A DNA stretch of 64,000 nt, taken from assembly GCA_902500805.1 (NCBI GenBank), contig CABVSA010000008.1, positions 2,260-66,259 of the forward strand, read 5' to 3'. The position numbers were made by a program, and so were the translations under genes. The notes beneath the pieces were generated by a model. That model had not been told where the DNA came from. It was given only the letters and a program-made list of their open reading frames with translations, and did no database searches. Source of the DNA: an uncultured Nitrospira sp. GTDB taxonomy: Bacteria; Nitrospirota; Nitrospiria; Nitrospirales; Nitrospiraceae. Positions 46,428-56,159 of this stretch are shown one piece after another. How positions within the stretch are numbered: the stretch's first letter is position 1; each line of letters starts with the position of its first letter.

Positions 46428-47447
46428 ATGATCGTGAAGACGTGGTATGAGCGTGCGATGCAGACTTTGAACGGAGCCGCGCTGGCTGTGCAGGAAAAGC
46501 GCGCTATTCCGATCCGAAGCCTTGAATCGCTTGCTTCGGATATTGTTGCGTCGCTCCATGAGACGGATGAACTCGTGGTCGAGGCGCTGTCCGGGCCACC
46601 TGGCTCGCCATTGCTGACCAACCTCCTGAATGTTTCCATCCTAGGTACCAGAGTTGGGATTGGATTGGGGTACTATGGCGACGAGCTGCATCGACTCGCA
46701 CTTGCCGGACTTGTTCATGATATCGGGTTATTTGCGGTACCGGCAGAATTACTGAGCAAGAGTGGCAGACTCACGCCAGAGGAACGGACGCTGATCGAAC
46801 AACACCCGGAACGCGGGGTCGAGATCATTCTTGCGTGTGACCCCACGTTGCATTGGTTAGCGCAAGTGACATGTCAGGCACATGAGCGATGGAACGGACA
46901 GGGATATCCCCATCGCCTCAAGGGAAGAGAGATCCATGAAATGGCCCAGATCTGTGGATTGCTCGATGTGTTTGATGCCTTAGTGAGTGAGCGTCCATAT
47001 CGGCCCAGGTTGTTTCCGCATGAAGCTGTGAAGGAACTGCTTGTGGCCGAACGGGATACCTTCCCCCGGGAGATTCTTAAGGCACTGGTTGAGCAGTTGT
47101 CTGTGTATCCGCTTGGAACCACGGTCCGACTCACAACCGGAGCGGTGGGAGTCGTGGTGAAGATCAACAGTCGTTATCCTCTTCGTCCGGTCGTGAAGCT
47201 AACCGGCAAAGAGCGAGGAGATGATGTGCAATCTCATGAGCTAGACTTGAGCCTCACTCCGTTGATCTCGGTTATTGAGACCTTAAAGCCTCCTGTCGCA
47301 GGTCAGGTCCAGGTGGGAACGGTATTGTCGAGCCCGCACGCGTCTCCTTCAGTAATTGGTGTTTCGGACCATTTCACATCCTTACTTGAGAGTCTTGACG
47401 CCATCGCATCCACTCTTCAAGCGGTTGTTCAAACCAAAAAGCATTAG
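46428..47447 (+). CDS. HD-GYP domain protein (putative c-di-GMP phosphodiesterase)
   Basis: LAGLVHDIGL (HD), HPERG and AHERWNGQGYPHRLKG (GYP). No receiver domain is visible N-terminally. Confidence 0.88.
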   Translation: MIVKTWYERAMQTLNGAALAVQEKRAIPIRSLESLASDIVASLHETDELVVEALSGPPGSPLLTNLLNVSILGTRVGIGLGYYGDELHRLALAGLVHDIGLFAVPAELLSKSGRLTPEERTLIEQHPERGVEIILACDPTLHWLAQVTCQAHERWNGQGYPHRLKGREIHEMAQICGLLDVFDALVSERPYRPRLFPHEAVKELLVAERDTFPREILKALVEQLSVYPLGTTVRLTTGAVGVVVKINSRYPLRPVVKLTGKERGDDVQSHELDLSLTPLISVIETLKPPVAGQVQVGTVLSSPHASPSVIGVSDHFTSLLESLDAIASTLQAVVQTKKH

Positions 47448-47785
47448 TCTTAATCAATCAGCTCTTCCATCAGCCTTGTTGATACCGCTCTCTGCCCACG
47501 CTTGGTTGTCCTACGACGTCTTCTTTCTTCGCAGAATGTGAAATCCCTCATGGCAAAGATTGACTGTCAGAGCGGTCTTCCGTTGAATGGTCCGTTATTC
47601 ACTGGATGGCCAGATGGAATCTCAAGAAAGTCAATAACATAGATCAATCTTACGGTGATCCCCTAAGAAAAAGGAGAGGAGCTGCGGTGAAATGAAGGGA
47701 GAGATCTCCACTTCTCTGGGAAGCACGACATCGTTATAATACCCCTGCAATGACCCGTTTTCTCGTGAGCTAGAAAGGGAATCGC

Positions 47786-48316
47786 GTGCCAAAACTTATT
47801 ACTGTTCATCACCCGCAGCAAACGACGCAGCAGGCGCTCGAGTACGTGAAGACGTATATTCTTTTTCCATCCGGCTTTCTCGGTCTGGTCTGTTTGGTCG
47901 GGAGTGTTGGAGGGCTTGGGTACCAGTTGCTTGGAACTGATAGTTACACCTGGGATACTTTTTATCAGAGCTCAGGCCTATTTTTGTCCGGGATTGGTCT
48001 GGGAGCGGCACAAACCCTGTATCAGCGATACCTTCTACGAGAGTTCCCAGAAGTGTTGGCTGCACGGATGCGGGACGGTTTGAACAGGCAGAAGGGGAAG
48101 CTCAAGAAACAAACCGCTGCCCCGGACATTGAACATGCAGGACGCCAACTGATTCCACTGGCCTACGGTATGGGTATCCTGTTGCTTGTGGGAAGTGCTA
48201 TCGCCGCCTTCTCGTACGGCCGTGTGCACATGATTCCAGCTATCCTCATGCCATGGGCAGGGTTCTATTGGGCCAAAATGTTCCTCTGGCGGAGAGTGAT
48301 CACCGTTGCAAAGTGA
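47786..48316 (+). CDS. Four-TM membrane protein (hypothetical)
   Basis: 176-aa ORF with a GTG start and four hydrophobic segments. It is convergent with lpxD. Confidence 0.5.
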   Translation: MPKLITVHHPQQTTQQALEYVKTYILFPSGFLGLVCLVGSVGGLGYQLLGTDSYTWDTFYQSSGLFLSGIGLGAAQTLYQRYLLREFPEVLAARMRDGLNRQKGKLKKQTAAPDIEHAGRQLIPLAYGMGILLLVGSAIAAFSYGRVHMIPAILMPWAGFYWAKMFLWRRVITVAK

Positions 48317-48330
48317 TAAGGGACGGGTCG

Positions 48331-49422
48331 TCAGGAACGACGCTTCTTTGCTGCGGACGTTCGTCGTGATGACGTCGAGGCTTGGCGTTCTAGAGCCGTG
48401 ACGCGCTCTTCTAACTTACGGACCGTCTCCCGTGTTTCAGGAAGCTGAAAGATCCCACCCTGAATCCTGAGGGCCTTTTCTCGTGGCATTGCGGGTATGC
48501 CACCGACGATTTGATTTGCTTCGATACTGCGATTGACGCCAGATTTTGCGGCGATCATCACCTGATCACCAATCGTGAGATGATCAGCGAGGCCAGCTTG
48601 ACCGCCGATCATGACATATCGGCCGATAGTCGTGCTTCCAGCGATGCCCACCTGTGCGACAAGGATGCAATGCTCTCCGACAGTGACATTGTGGGCAATT
48701 TGAACCAGATTATCGACTTTGGTCCCCTGTTTGATCAGGGTATGGCCTAAGGTAGCACGGTCGATCGTCACATTCGCGCCGAGTTCCACATCGTCCTCAA
48801 TGACCACGTCGCCGAGTTGGGGGATCTTATGGTGCCGGCCTTGATGTTGAACATAACCGAACCCATCAGCTCCAATGACCGTACCGCTATGAACGATCAC
48901 ACGAGCGCCAAGGGAACAGCCTTCCAGGACCACGACATTGGGATGAAGAACGCAATCATCTCCGATCGTTGAATCTGACCCAACAAAGACCCCCGGGTAG
49001 AGAGTCACTCGATTGCCAATCGTCACGCGATCGCCGAGCGTCACAAACGGCCAAATGGATGGATCAGATCCAATTCGTACATCAACCCCTTGCATGACTG
49101 AATCGGCGATTCCTCTAGGCGACGGTGTCTGCACGAAAAATCTCTGTGCCACACGGGCGAATGCCAGCATGGGATTGTCGACCACGATCTGTGGAATGGC
49201 CAGATCCGGCTGATGTCGATGGATCAGGAGGGCAGCAACCTGGGCATGTGCGGCGGCTTTGGCCATTTTGTCGTTGGTCACAAAGGACAAAGCACAGGAG
49301 TTGGCTTGGCCGAGGCTGGTCAACGCAGAGACCTGGGTCTGGAGGTCACCGTGAACGGTCCCACCAACGACTTCATGGATTTGGGCAAGCGTGAGGGGTG
49401 TGGGGAGTTGAGGTCTGCTCAT
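48331..49422 (-). CDS. lpxD: UDP-3-O-acylglucosamine N-acyltransferase
   Basis: An N-terminal LpxD-type domain ([12 protein letters not shown]...[12 protein letters not shown]) is followed by left-handed beta-helix hexapeptide repeats and a catalytic-His context QIAHNV. The basic C-terminal tail is [18 protein letters not shown]. Confidence 0.9.
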   Translation of the reverse strand: MSRPQLPTPLTLAQIHEVVGGTVHGDLQTQVSALTSLGQANSCALSFVTNDKMAKAAAHAQVAALLIHRHQPDLAIPQIVVDNPMLAFARVAQRFFVQTPSPRGIADSVMQGVDVRIGSDPSIWPFVTLGDRVTIGNRVTLYPGVFVGSDSTIGDDCVLHPNVVVLEGCSLGARVIVHSGTVIGADGFGYVQHQGRHHKIPQLGDVVIEDDVELGANVTIDRATLGHTLIKQGTKVDNLVQIAHNVTVGEHCILVAQVGIAGSTTIGRYVMIGGQAGLADHLTIGDQVMIAAKSGVNRSIEANQIVGGIPAMPREKALRIQGGIFQLPETRETVRKLEERVTALERQASTSSRRTSAAKKRRS

Positions 49423-49877
49423 CGTGTTGCGCCCTTCTTCTTGGCCTTCGAGGCCGCTGAGGATATCGCCTTGGGCTTCTTCGAGGAGGCAGGTTTTGGT
49501 TTGGGCGGCGAGGGTTTCTTTGAAGCGGACCTTGACGAGGGGGCCTTCTTCGAGGCGGATTTCCTCGAAGGTGTTTTGGAGGATGCTCCTGGCTTCAGTG
49601 ATTCGGATTTAGCATTCGACGTGGATGCCGCGAGCTGTCGTTGGACGTAGGCAGCCACGGATCCGACGGTACTGAGCCCGGGAAGATCTTGATCGGGAAT
49701 TTGAAGCTTGAAGCGTTCTTCGATCTCGAACAACAATTCGATGACGGCGACTGAGTCGAGTCCGAGGTCATCTCGGAGATGGTGGCTCTCCGTAATGGAC
49801 GCAGGGTCTCGCTTGAGGTAGGTGGCCAAGGCATGCACGATTTTTTCGGTGATCGCAGGGTCGATCCGCTCAGTCAT
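49419..49877 (-). CDS. Acyl carrier protein with a ~60-aa Lys/Ser/Pro-rich C-terminal extension
   Basis: GGAG lies 8 nt before the ATG at 49877. The phosphopantetheine site is [13 protein letters not shown]. The tail reads [44 protein letters not shown]. An ATGA overlap joins it to the lpxD start. Confidence 0.85.
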   Translation of the reverse strand: MTERIDPAITEKIVHALATYLKRDPASITESHHLRDDLGLDSVAVIELLFEIEERFKLQIPDQDLPGLSTVGSVAAYVQRQLAASTSNAKSESLKPGASSKTPSRKSASKKAPSSRSASKKPSPPKPKPASSKKPKAISSAASKAKKKGATR

Positions 49878-49956
49878 TATGAGTACTCCTTCAGTGGAAT
49901 GAGGCTCTTCGCTGTAGCGTCCGCGAGGAGGCGCCTCACTATCAATCATTCAGTAG

Positions 49957-51213
49957 TTACGCCACAAATTTCTTGAAGACCACGGTGGCATTGTTGCTGC
50001 CGAATCCAAATGCATTTAAGAGGGCATACCGAATCTTTCGTTCTTGCACCGTCCGACGAATGCCGTCCAAGCGACAGTCTGGGTCAGGTTCCTCATAGTT
50101 AGCGGTCGGGTGAATCTGCCCGGTATGGATCGCCATCGTCGTGGCAACGGCCCCGATCGCCCCGGCTGCGCCGAGCGTATGGCCGACGAGAGACTTTGTG
50201 GCATTGATGGCAATCTTGTCCGCACGATTCTTGAACAAGTTCCGGATCGCCTTCGTTTCGACCGCATCTCCGATCGTGGTCGACGTCGCATGGGCATTGA
50301 TGTAGTCGACCTGATCGGCCCCGATCCCGGCAGATTCCAGCCCGATCTTCATGGTCATACTGATCTCCTGTCCATCCTCCTGAGGAATAACCATATGGTA
50401 GGCTTCGCTCGTCGCGGCATATCCGGCGATCTCGGCATACACTCTGGCCTTCCGTTTCTTGGCATGTGCCAAAGACTCCACAATTAATGCGGCTGCCCCT
50501 TCACCCATGACAAAGCCGTCTCGACGTCGGTCGAATGGTCGTGACGCGCGTTCAGGGGCATCATTAAACTCACTGGATAGGGCGCGTAGAGAGCAGAACC
50601 CTGCAAAGACCAGCGGGGTAATGCTGGCATCAGCGCCAACGGCAATGACGACATCGGCCTGACCGGTGCGAATGCAGTGGAGCGCCTGGCCAAGGGCATG
50701 AGCGCTGGACGAACAAGCCGTTGAGATCGTGAGGTTCGGGCCTTTGGCTCCATGCGCCATGGCGACAATCCCCGAGGCGGAATTGAGGGTAATGGTTGGA
50801 ATAAAATTAGGGTGGACACGATGGGGGCGTTGGGTTTTAAAGAGCTGTGTAATCTCCCGCTCACCCATGACCATTCCGCCCATGCCCGCTCCGACAATGA
50901 CTCCGACGCGGTGGGGACGTTCTTTTGTCATATTGAGGTCGGCGTCAGCCAACGCTTCCTTCGCAGCGACTAAGGCAAACTGTGCATAGCGATCGACGCG
51001 ACTGGCTTGGGTGGCAGTCAGGTATTGTTCTGGTGAGAAATTATGGACTTGTCCCGCTACTCGAGAACGGTAGTCCGACATGGGGACCCACCCCAAGGAG
51101 GGAATGGCGGTTACTCCCGAACGACCGGTCATGGCCGATTTCCAGAACTCACTCACACCGATCCCGATCGGAGATATCACCCCAAGACCTGTGATCACAA
51201 CACGTGAGGCCAT
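49957..51213 (-). CDS. fabF: Beta-ketoacyl-ACP synthase II
   Basis: RVVITGLGVISPIG, the active-site Cys in ISTACSSSAHAL, the catalytic His motifs INAHATST and LVGHTLGAAG, and the C-terminal NAFGFGSNNA. Confidence 0.93.
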   Translation of the reverse strand: MASRVVITGLGVISPIGIGVSEFWKSAMTGRSGVTAIPSLGWVPMSDYRSRVAGQVHNFSPEQYLTATQASRVDRYAQFALVAAKEALADADLNMTKERPHRVGVIVGAGMGGMVMGEREITQLFKTQRPHRVHPNFIPTITLNSASGIVAMAHGAKGPNLTISTACSSSAHALGQALHCIRTGQADVVIAVGADASITPLVFAGFCSLRALSSEFNDAPERASRPFDRRRDGFVMGEGAAALIVESLAHAKKRKARVYAEIAGYAATSEAYHMVIPQEDGQEISMTMKIGLESAGIGADQVDYINAHATSTTIGDAVETKAIRNLFKNRADKIAINATKSLVGHTLGAAGAIGAVATTMAIHTGQIHPTANYEEPDPDCRLDGIRRTVQERKIRYALLNAFGFGSNNATVVFKKFVA

Positions 51214-51291
51214 GCTTCTCCCTCCTTATAGTGGCGCCACGGCGCCTTTCTTACCGGAAGACCGGTAGACAGTCAACTAAGAAACGGGTGT

Positions 51292-52383
51292 CTAATGGCG
51301 AACTTTTAGCAATAAATACAGACCGAAGCTCAAGAAGAGGGCATTCGCCATCCAACCGGCCAGAACAGGTGCCAGTGCTCCTCCTCTTCCTAACGCGATG
51401 GCAATGGAATGCGTGGTCCAATAGCAAAATCCCACAATGAAGGCTTGTCCGATTCCCACGGTCATACTCCCTCCACGGACTCCGCTCCGCCGGAGACTCA
51501 ATGCAATGCCGACGAGGACCATTACGATCGTGACCAAGGGCAACGCCATACGATCGTAGTAATCTGTCAGCAGGCGGGAAAAGGTAAATCCTTCCTGGCG
51601 AAAGCGTTCCAGGTAGTTGTGAATTTCCCTGAAGGTCATCGTTTCTGAGTTTCCCACGAGGGAACTCGAGAAATCGTCAGGAATCAGGGGAAGGTTGATG
51701 GCCTGTTCGGAAAACCGAGCAAGCTCCACGGTTTCATTGGAATGAAATTGGCGGTGATATCCATTGCGAAGGACCCAGCCGTTCGTCGCATAGCGGGCTT
51801 CCTCGGCCTCGGTAATCCGGTCGAGTTGGAACGGTGGCCGGAAGTAAAAAATGCGTATCCCTCGCAGGGTCTTGCCTTCTGCATCGATCTCGGCAACCTT
51901 CATGAGGCTCTGAGCGCTGATCCGAGCCCACGGCTGAACGGCTTTGACGGTGACAGGTGCCGGTTTCTGCTCGATTTGAACGGCACGGACCTCCTCGGCT
52001 TTTTCGGAGGCGAGGGGGATGATGGTTGAGCTGAAGCTGAAGAGGATTACCGATATGGCGCTGGCAAAGAGAAGAAAGGGAGAGGACATCCAGAGCAAAC
52101 TCACCCCGCAGCTTCGCATAGCGGTGATTTCGTTGCTGCGCGAGAGAAGGCCAAGAGTCAGTAGGGTGGCGACGAGAACGGCAAACGGCGCGACTTGGAA
52201 AGAGATCGAAGGGATCTTTAGTGCAAAGTACAACAGAATCGGCAGGATGCCGGATTCATAGCGAAGAAAGCGACGGACTTTTTCAAAAAAATCGATAACC
52301 AGATAGATCGTCACCAAGCCGGAAAAACACATGCCGAATATTTTCGAATATTCGCGAAGGATATATCGGAACAGAATCGTCAT
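51292..52383 (-). CDS. lptG: LPS export ABC permease, YjgP/YjgQ family (LptG by gene order)
   Basis: 363 aa with six TM segments flanking a ~130-aa periplasmic insert and an N-terminal LFRYILREY. It is the second gene of the pair. Confidence 0.8.
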   Translation of the reverse strand: MTILFRYILREYSKIFGMCFSGLVTIYLVIDFFEKVRRFLRYESGILPILLYFALKIPSISFQVAPFAVLVATLLTLGLLSRSNEITAMRSCGVSLLWMSSPFLLFASAISVILFSFSSTIIPLASEKAEEVRAVQIEQKPAPVTVKAVQPWARISAQSLMKVAEIDAEGKTLRGIRIFYFRPPFQLDRITEAEEARYATNGWVLRNGYHRQFHSNETVELARFSEQAINLPLIPDDFSSSLVGNSETMTFREIHNYLERFRQEGFTFSRLLTDYYDRMALPLVTIVMVLVGIALSLRRSGVRGGSMTVGIGQAFIVGFCYWTTHSIAIALGRGGALAPVLAGWMANALFLSFGLYLLLKVRH

Positions 52384-52387
52384 CGTG

Positions 52388-53479
52388 CTAGTGCTTGCTC
52401 ACTCGGTAGAACAGAACAAGGGTGATGATCATAAAAATAATGTTGGGCAGCCACGCGCCCCAGAATGGATGAAGGATCAAGGCCGTCACCAGAAAGTCAC
52501 ATCCGACATTCAAGATGTAGAATGCGATGATGATACCGACCCCAACGGCGAAGCCGCCAACGCGACCAGACCGTTTCGAGACGATTCCGACCGGTACGCC
52601 AAGGAGGCAAAATACGAGCGAGGCCGTTGGGAAGGCCAAGTCTCTATAATATTCCATCATCCGCCGAAGCGCGCCGGCATCTTTGCCGTCGGTTTCAGCG
52701 AGGCGTGCGGTGATTTGGTCGTATGACGGGCGTTCCTCAGTCGCTGAGTAACTACTGAGGTTCAGGTTGATCTTGATGTCATAGCTGGCAAACGCAATCT
52801 GTTGAGACTGGTCGATCTGAGGGGGACGGCTATGAATCATGCCGTTTTCCAACTGCAGCGCCACGTGGTCATGCTCGGCATCCATGAAAATCCGATAATG
52901 TTCCGCCACAATGACACGTGGCTCATTGGGGAGACGTTCATCCGAAATGAAGATACCGGGAGCCGGACGATCCGGCTCAGCTTCTGGAACGTAAATCATC
53001 ATGTTTGGGATCGGCTCGTTGAAGGTGCCGCGTTCCAGGGCGAGGGCGAGCTGGTCCTTCAAGAGATTGAGCGCCACCTTCTTCAGATTGAGTGAACTCC
53101 ACGGTTGTCCCCACTGCGATAAGACCAAGGTTAACGTGAAGACGCAGACGGAAAACAAGAGCACCGGTTGTGAAAGGCGAACGAGGCTGAGCCCGGCCGC
53201 TCGCATGGCGACCAGTTCTTTATCAAAGGACAGCCGGCCAAAGGCCGTCACCGAGGCGATGAGTCCGGCAATGGGAAGCGTGAGAACGAGCCCAGAGGGC
53301 AGGAGCATGGCAATCACTTTGAGGACAGCCCAGATCCCAACTCCTTTGGAAACCAGCAGTTCGACAAGACGCAGGAGTTCTCTCGTTAGCATGACAAAGC
53401 AGAGTGCCCCGAGACTGAGCCCGAACGGAGTCAGAAGCTCGGTGAAGATGTAGCGATCGAGTAGTGTGCGTAAAATCAC
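52388..53479 (-). CDS. lptF: LPS export ABC permease, YjgP/YjgQ family (LptF by gene order)
   Basis: 363 aa with an N-terminal LDRYIFTELLTPF and the same topology as its neighbour. It is the first gene of the pair. Confidence 0.8.
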   Translation of the reverse strand: MILRTLLDRYIFTELLTPFGLSLGALCFVMLTRELLRLVELLVSKGVGIWAVLKVIAMLLPSGLVLTLPIAGLIASVTAFGRLSFDKELVAMRAAGLSLVRLSQPVLLFSVCVFTLTLVLSQWGQPWSSLNLKKVALNLLKDQLALALERGTFNEPIPNMMIYVPEAEPDRPAPGIFISDERLPNEPRVIVAEHYRIFMDAEHDHVALQLENGMIHSRPPQIDQSQQIAFASYDIKINLNLSSYSATEERPSYDQITARLAETDGKDAGALRRMMEYYRDLAFPTASLVFCLLGVPVGIVSKRSGRVGGFAVGVGIIIAFYILNVGCDFLVTALILHPFWGAWLPNIIFMIITLVLFYRVSKH

Positions 53480-53569
53480 AGAGTTTCTGGGGTGGAGAAG
53501 TTGTCGACACTATAGGAGAGTCCATCTCCCTTGTAAACACAGGAGAAAATCTTGTCACTAAAGATTCCC

Positions 53570-53597
53570 TTGACAGGGGGTACGCCCTATGTTACAT
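53570..53597 (+). promoter_or_regulatory. Candidate sigma70 promoter for cspA, leaving a ~180-nt 5' UTR
   Basis: TTGACA (53570-53575), a 16-nt spacer, then TTACAT (53592-53597). The -10 match is weak. Confidence 0.35.
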
Positions 53598-53777
53598 GCA
53601 GCGCGAAATTTATTCTAATATGATGATGGGTTCTGTGAGCGATTCATCACTCCTTCAGGTGCCCGTCCCTCTCTGCCAGCCGAGTGCGTGTCTGATCTAT
53701 TCTCGAGTTCTCATCGAACAAAACGTGGGTGGAGGCGCTACGTAACTATTCGTCGTTGTTGACAAAAGGAGGAGTCC

Positions 53778-53996
53778 GTGAAGACAAAAGGTACAGTCAA
53801 GTGGTTCAATGATCGAAAAGGATTTGGGTTTATTCGGTTGGATAGTGGGGACGATGTCTTCGTTCATTACTCTGCGTTACAAGGAGATGGGTTCAAGACG
53901 CTCAAAGAGGGTGAAAACGTTGAGTTTGAGATCGTACAAGGAGCCAAGGGCCCACAAGCAGCCAATGTGCTGAAGGCGGTCATTGCCGCTTCGTAA
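53778..53996 (+). CDS. cspA: Cold-shock protein (CspA family)
   Basis: [15 protein letters not shown] (RNP1) and VFVHYS (RNP2). The SD AAGGAGG lies 6 nt before the GTG start. Confidence 0.95.
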   Translation: MKTKGTVKWFNDRKGFGFIRLDSGDDVFVHYSALQGDGFKTLKEGENVEFEIVQGAKGPQAANVLKAVIAAS

Positions 53997-54149
53997 TCAT
54001 TCATTCTTCTCTCTTGTTCGGTGGAAGGGCTGTTTCTCCTGGTCAAAGACAGGGGGAATAGTCTCTTCTGCCGCAGCGAGATTCTTGCCCGATTCCCTCA
54101 ATTTCTAGACAAAACCCATTGAGACTGTTAGCGTTTGCCTGTTCTGTTC

Positions 54150-56150
54150 ATGGAGGGCATACTTGTGCCACCCGATCGCGGTCGCATTCTTCAACAGGCT
54201 CAGCTGCTGGCATCCCGCGGACAGTATGATGCAGCGATTGCTGAGTGGAAGAAACTTGCCATTGACAGTCCTGCCGACGGCAGTATCTACAATACGATCG
54301 GTGATTTGCACACCAAGCGGAACGTGCCGGGCGAAGCGGCATCGGCCTATCTGCAGGCGGCTTCGGCCTTTCGAGCGGAAGGAGCTACCCTCAAAGCGAT
54401 GGCCGCGTTCAAGAAGGTCCTCAAGTGTGATCCGACGCGATATGAAGTCTACCGCTACCTTGGGGACTTGAATGTAGAACGAGGCCTCATCAGCAGTGCC
54501 GTGCAGGATTATCTTACGCTGGGGAAGTATTACCTCAAAGAGCGCCGTGGAAAGGATGCGCTTGAAGTCTACAAAAAAATTATCGCGCATGATCCGTCAA
54601 ATCTCAATGCCCAGCAACGCGTCGCAGAACTCTGTATTCAAGAAAATCAGCAGGATGAAGCGACAACGGTCTATCTCCAGTTGGGTCGAGAGAAATCAGC
54701 ACAGGGGCGATACGATGAGGCCAAGGACGCGTACCTTGCCGTCCTCAAGATTGATCCACAAAACAACGAGGCAGCTCAATTTGTTGAAAGCCTCAAACAT
54801 GGTGGAACCGGTTCGGTACAGGTGGTGAAACCGACCGCTTCGACATCGGTGCTGAAATCCACACCGATGCAGAAACCCACGGAACCGCTTGATCTGCTGG
54901 CTGAAGCCGTTCGGCGCGTTGCTGAAAGGCAGTACAGCGGCGCTGAAGCCATTTTGAACCAACTATTGACCCGAGAACCTGGAAACCCGCAGGTGTGCCA
55001 GCTCATGGCTCGGTTGCATTTACAACGTGGCGATGTGCAAGTCGCGGTAGGAGAATACCGATTTTTAGCTGGAGCTGCGTTGCGTGCGCATGACCTGAAT
55101 CTTGCGGAATCACTGATTCAAGAGGTGTTGACGGTGGAGCCTAATTCCGTTCCCTTGCTGGAGCTGAACGGCGAACTATACGAGGAAAAAGGTGACCACG
55201 CAGTGGCGGCGCTTCAGTACGCCAAGGCGGTCGACGTGTTGTTAGCTCATCCAGAGCCTGGAATGGAAAGCCTCCACGAGGAACTGTTTGAGAAGGTGCA
55301 AAGCCTTGCTCCTGATGCCGACTTCGTGAAGAAATTAGCCGAGAGGGTGAAGAAGGGGGCAACGGGAAGAGCCGATGGGGAACAAGAAGAAGTACGGATC
55401 GGAGAGCCGTTTGAAGATCGTCACGATGAGGTATTGGAGAGAGGGCCGGCAGCGGAAGAGATAGAAGAGATGACGATTGTAGGGGCTGAGCCGGATGCTG
55501 TCTCGTATTCGGCAAATATTTTTGCAAGGGATGATGAGCCACAGGCGATCACGATAGCTCAAGGCCAGGAGACTCACTGTCGGGCTGAAGACATTCCCTC
55601 CGCTTCGACTGTAGATCCCCCAGTAACTTCCACCGTGGTACAGCCATCAGTCCCTCATTCAAGCGAGGCGTCGATTGACCAGCTGCCGAGCAGTACTTTG
55701 ACTTTACGCACATCCACCAAGACGCAGAAGGAGCCGGTGCAGGAACCAGTCGGGACGCCACCAGACTACGAAACCCACTATGCATTGGGAGTGGCGTATA
55801 AGAATATGGGGTTGTACGAAGAAGCCCATGCGGCGTTCCGGGTCTCCATGGGTAGTGACGCCTTTTATCTCGATTCGGCTTTGATGACAGCCGTCTGCTT
55901 GAAGGAAGAGCAACAGTTCGCCAAGGCGATCGTGGGACTTGAGACTGTCCTGAGCGATCCTCGGTGTCAAGGGGCGAAGGGGCAAGCCATTCGCTATGAG
56001 TTGGGGCTTCTCTATGAAGCAGAGGAACAGTGGGAGAAGGCAACCCATGTATTTCAAGCCATTCCGTCGTTTCACGATGTTCCACAGCGGCTGGCAACGC
56101 TCAAGGGGAAACAACGGGGAGGGGACGTCGGGTTTCGATACGCGTCGTAG
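54150..56150 (+). CDS. Tetratricopeptide-repeat protein
   Basis: Multiple TPR-like units occur at both ends (e.g. GQYDAAIAEWKKLAIDSP, GRYDEAKDAYLAVLKIDPQN, YALGVAYKNMGLYEEAHAAF). An acidic low-complexity linker separates them. ATG at 54150. Confidence 0.8.
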   Translation: MEGILVPPDRGRILQQAQLLASRGQYDAAIAEWKKLAIDSPADGSIYNTIGDLHTKRNVPGEAASAYLQAASAFRAEGATLKAMAAFKKVLKCDPTRYEVYRYLGDLNVERGLISSAVQDYLTLGKYYLKERRGKDALEVYKKIIAHDPSNLNAQQRVAELCIQENQQDEATTVYLQLGREKSAQGRYDEAKDAYLAVLKIDPQNNEAAQFVESLKHGGTGSVQVVKPTASTSVLKSTPMQKPTEPLDLLAEAVRRVAERQYSGAEAILNQLLTREPGNPQVCQLMARLHLQRGDVQVAVGEYRFLAGAALRAHDLNLAESLIQEVLTVEPNSVPLLELNGELYEEKGDHAVAALQYAKAVDVLLAHPEPGMESLHEELFEKVQSLAPDADFVKKLAERVKKGATGRADGEQEEVRIGEPFEDRHDEVLERGPAAEEIEEMTIVGAEPDAVSYSANIFARDDEPQAITIAQGQETHCRAEDIPSASTVDPPVTSTVVQPSVPHSSEASIDQLPSSTLTLRTSTKTQKEPVQEPVGTPPDYETHYALGVAYKNMGLYEEAHAAFRVSMGSDAFYLDSALMTAVCLKEEQQFAKAIVGLETVLSDPRCQGAKGQAIRYELGLLYEAEEQWEKATHVFQAIPSFHDVPQRLATLKGKQRGGDVGFRYAS

Positions 56151-56159
56151 GAGGCCGCG

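Noticed and set aside
47684-47731. 15-codon mini-ORF MKGEISTSLGSTTSL after an AAGGAGAGGAG-like element
   Set aside because: It is too short and unremarkable to support. It could be chance within the promoter region of the 47786 gene.
55549-56114. 182-aa and 136-aa minus-strand ORFs inside the TPR gene
   Set aside because: They are antisense shadows with no motifs, and the plus-strand frame has recognisable TPR units on both sides.
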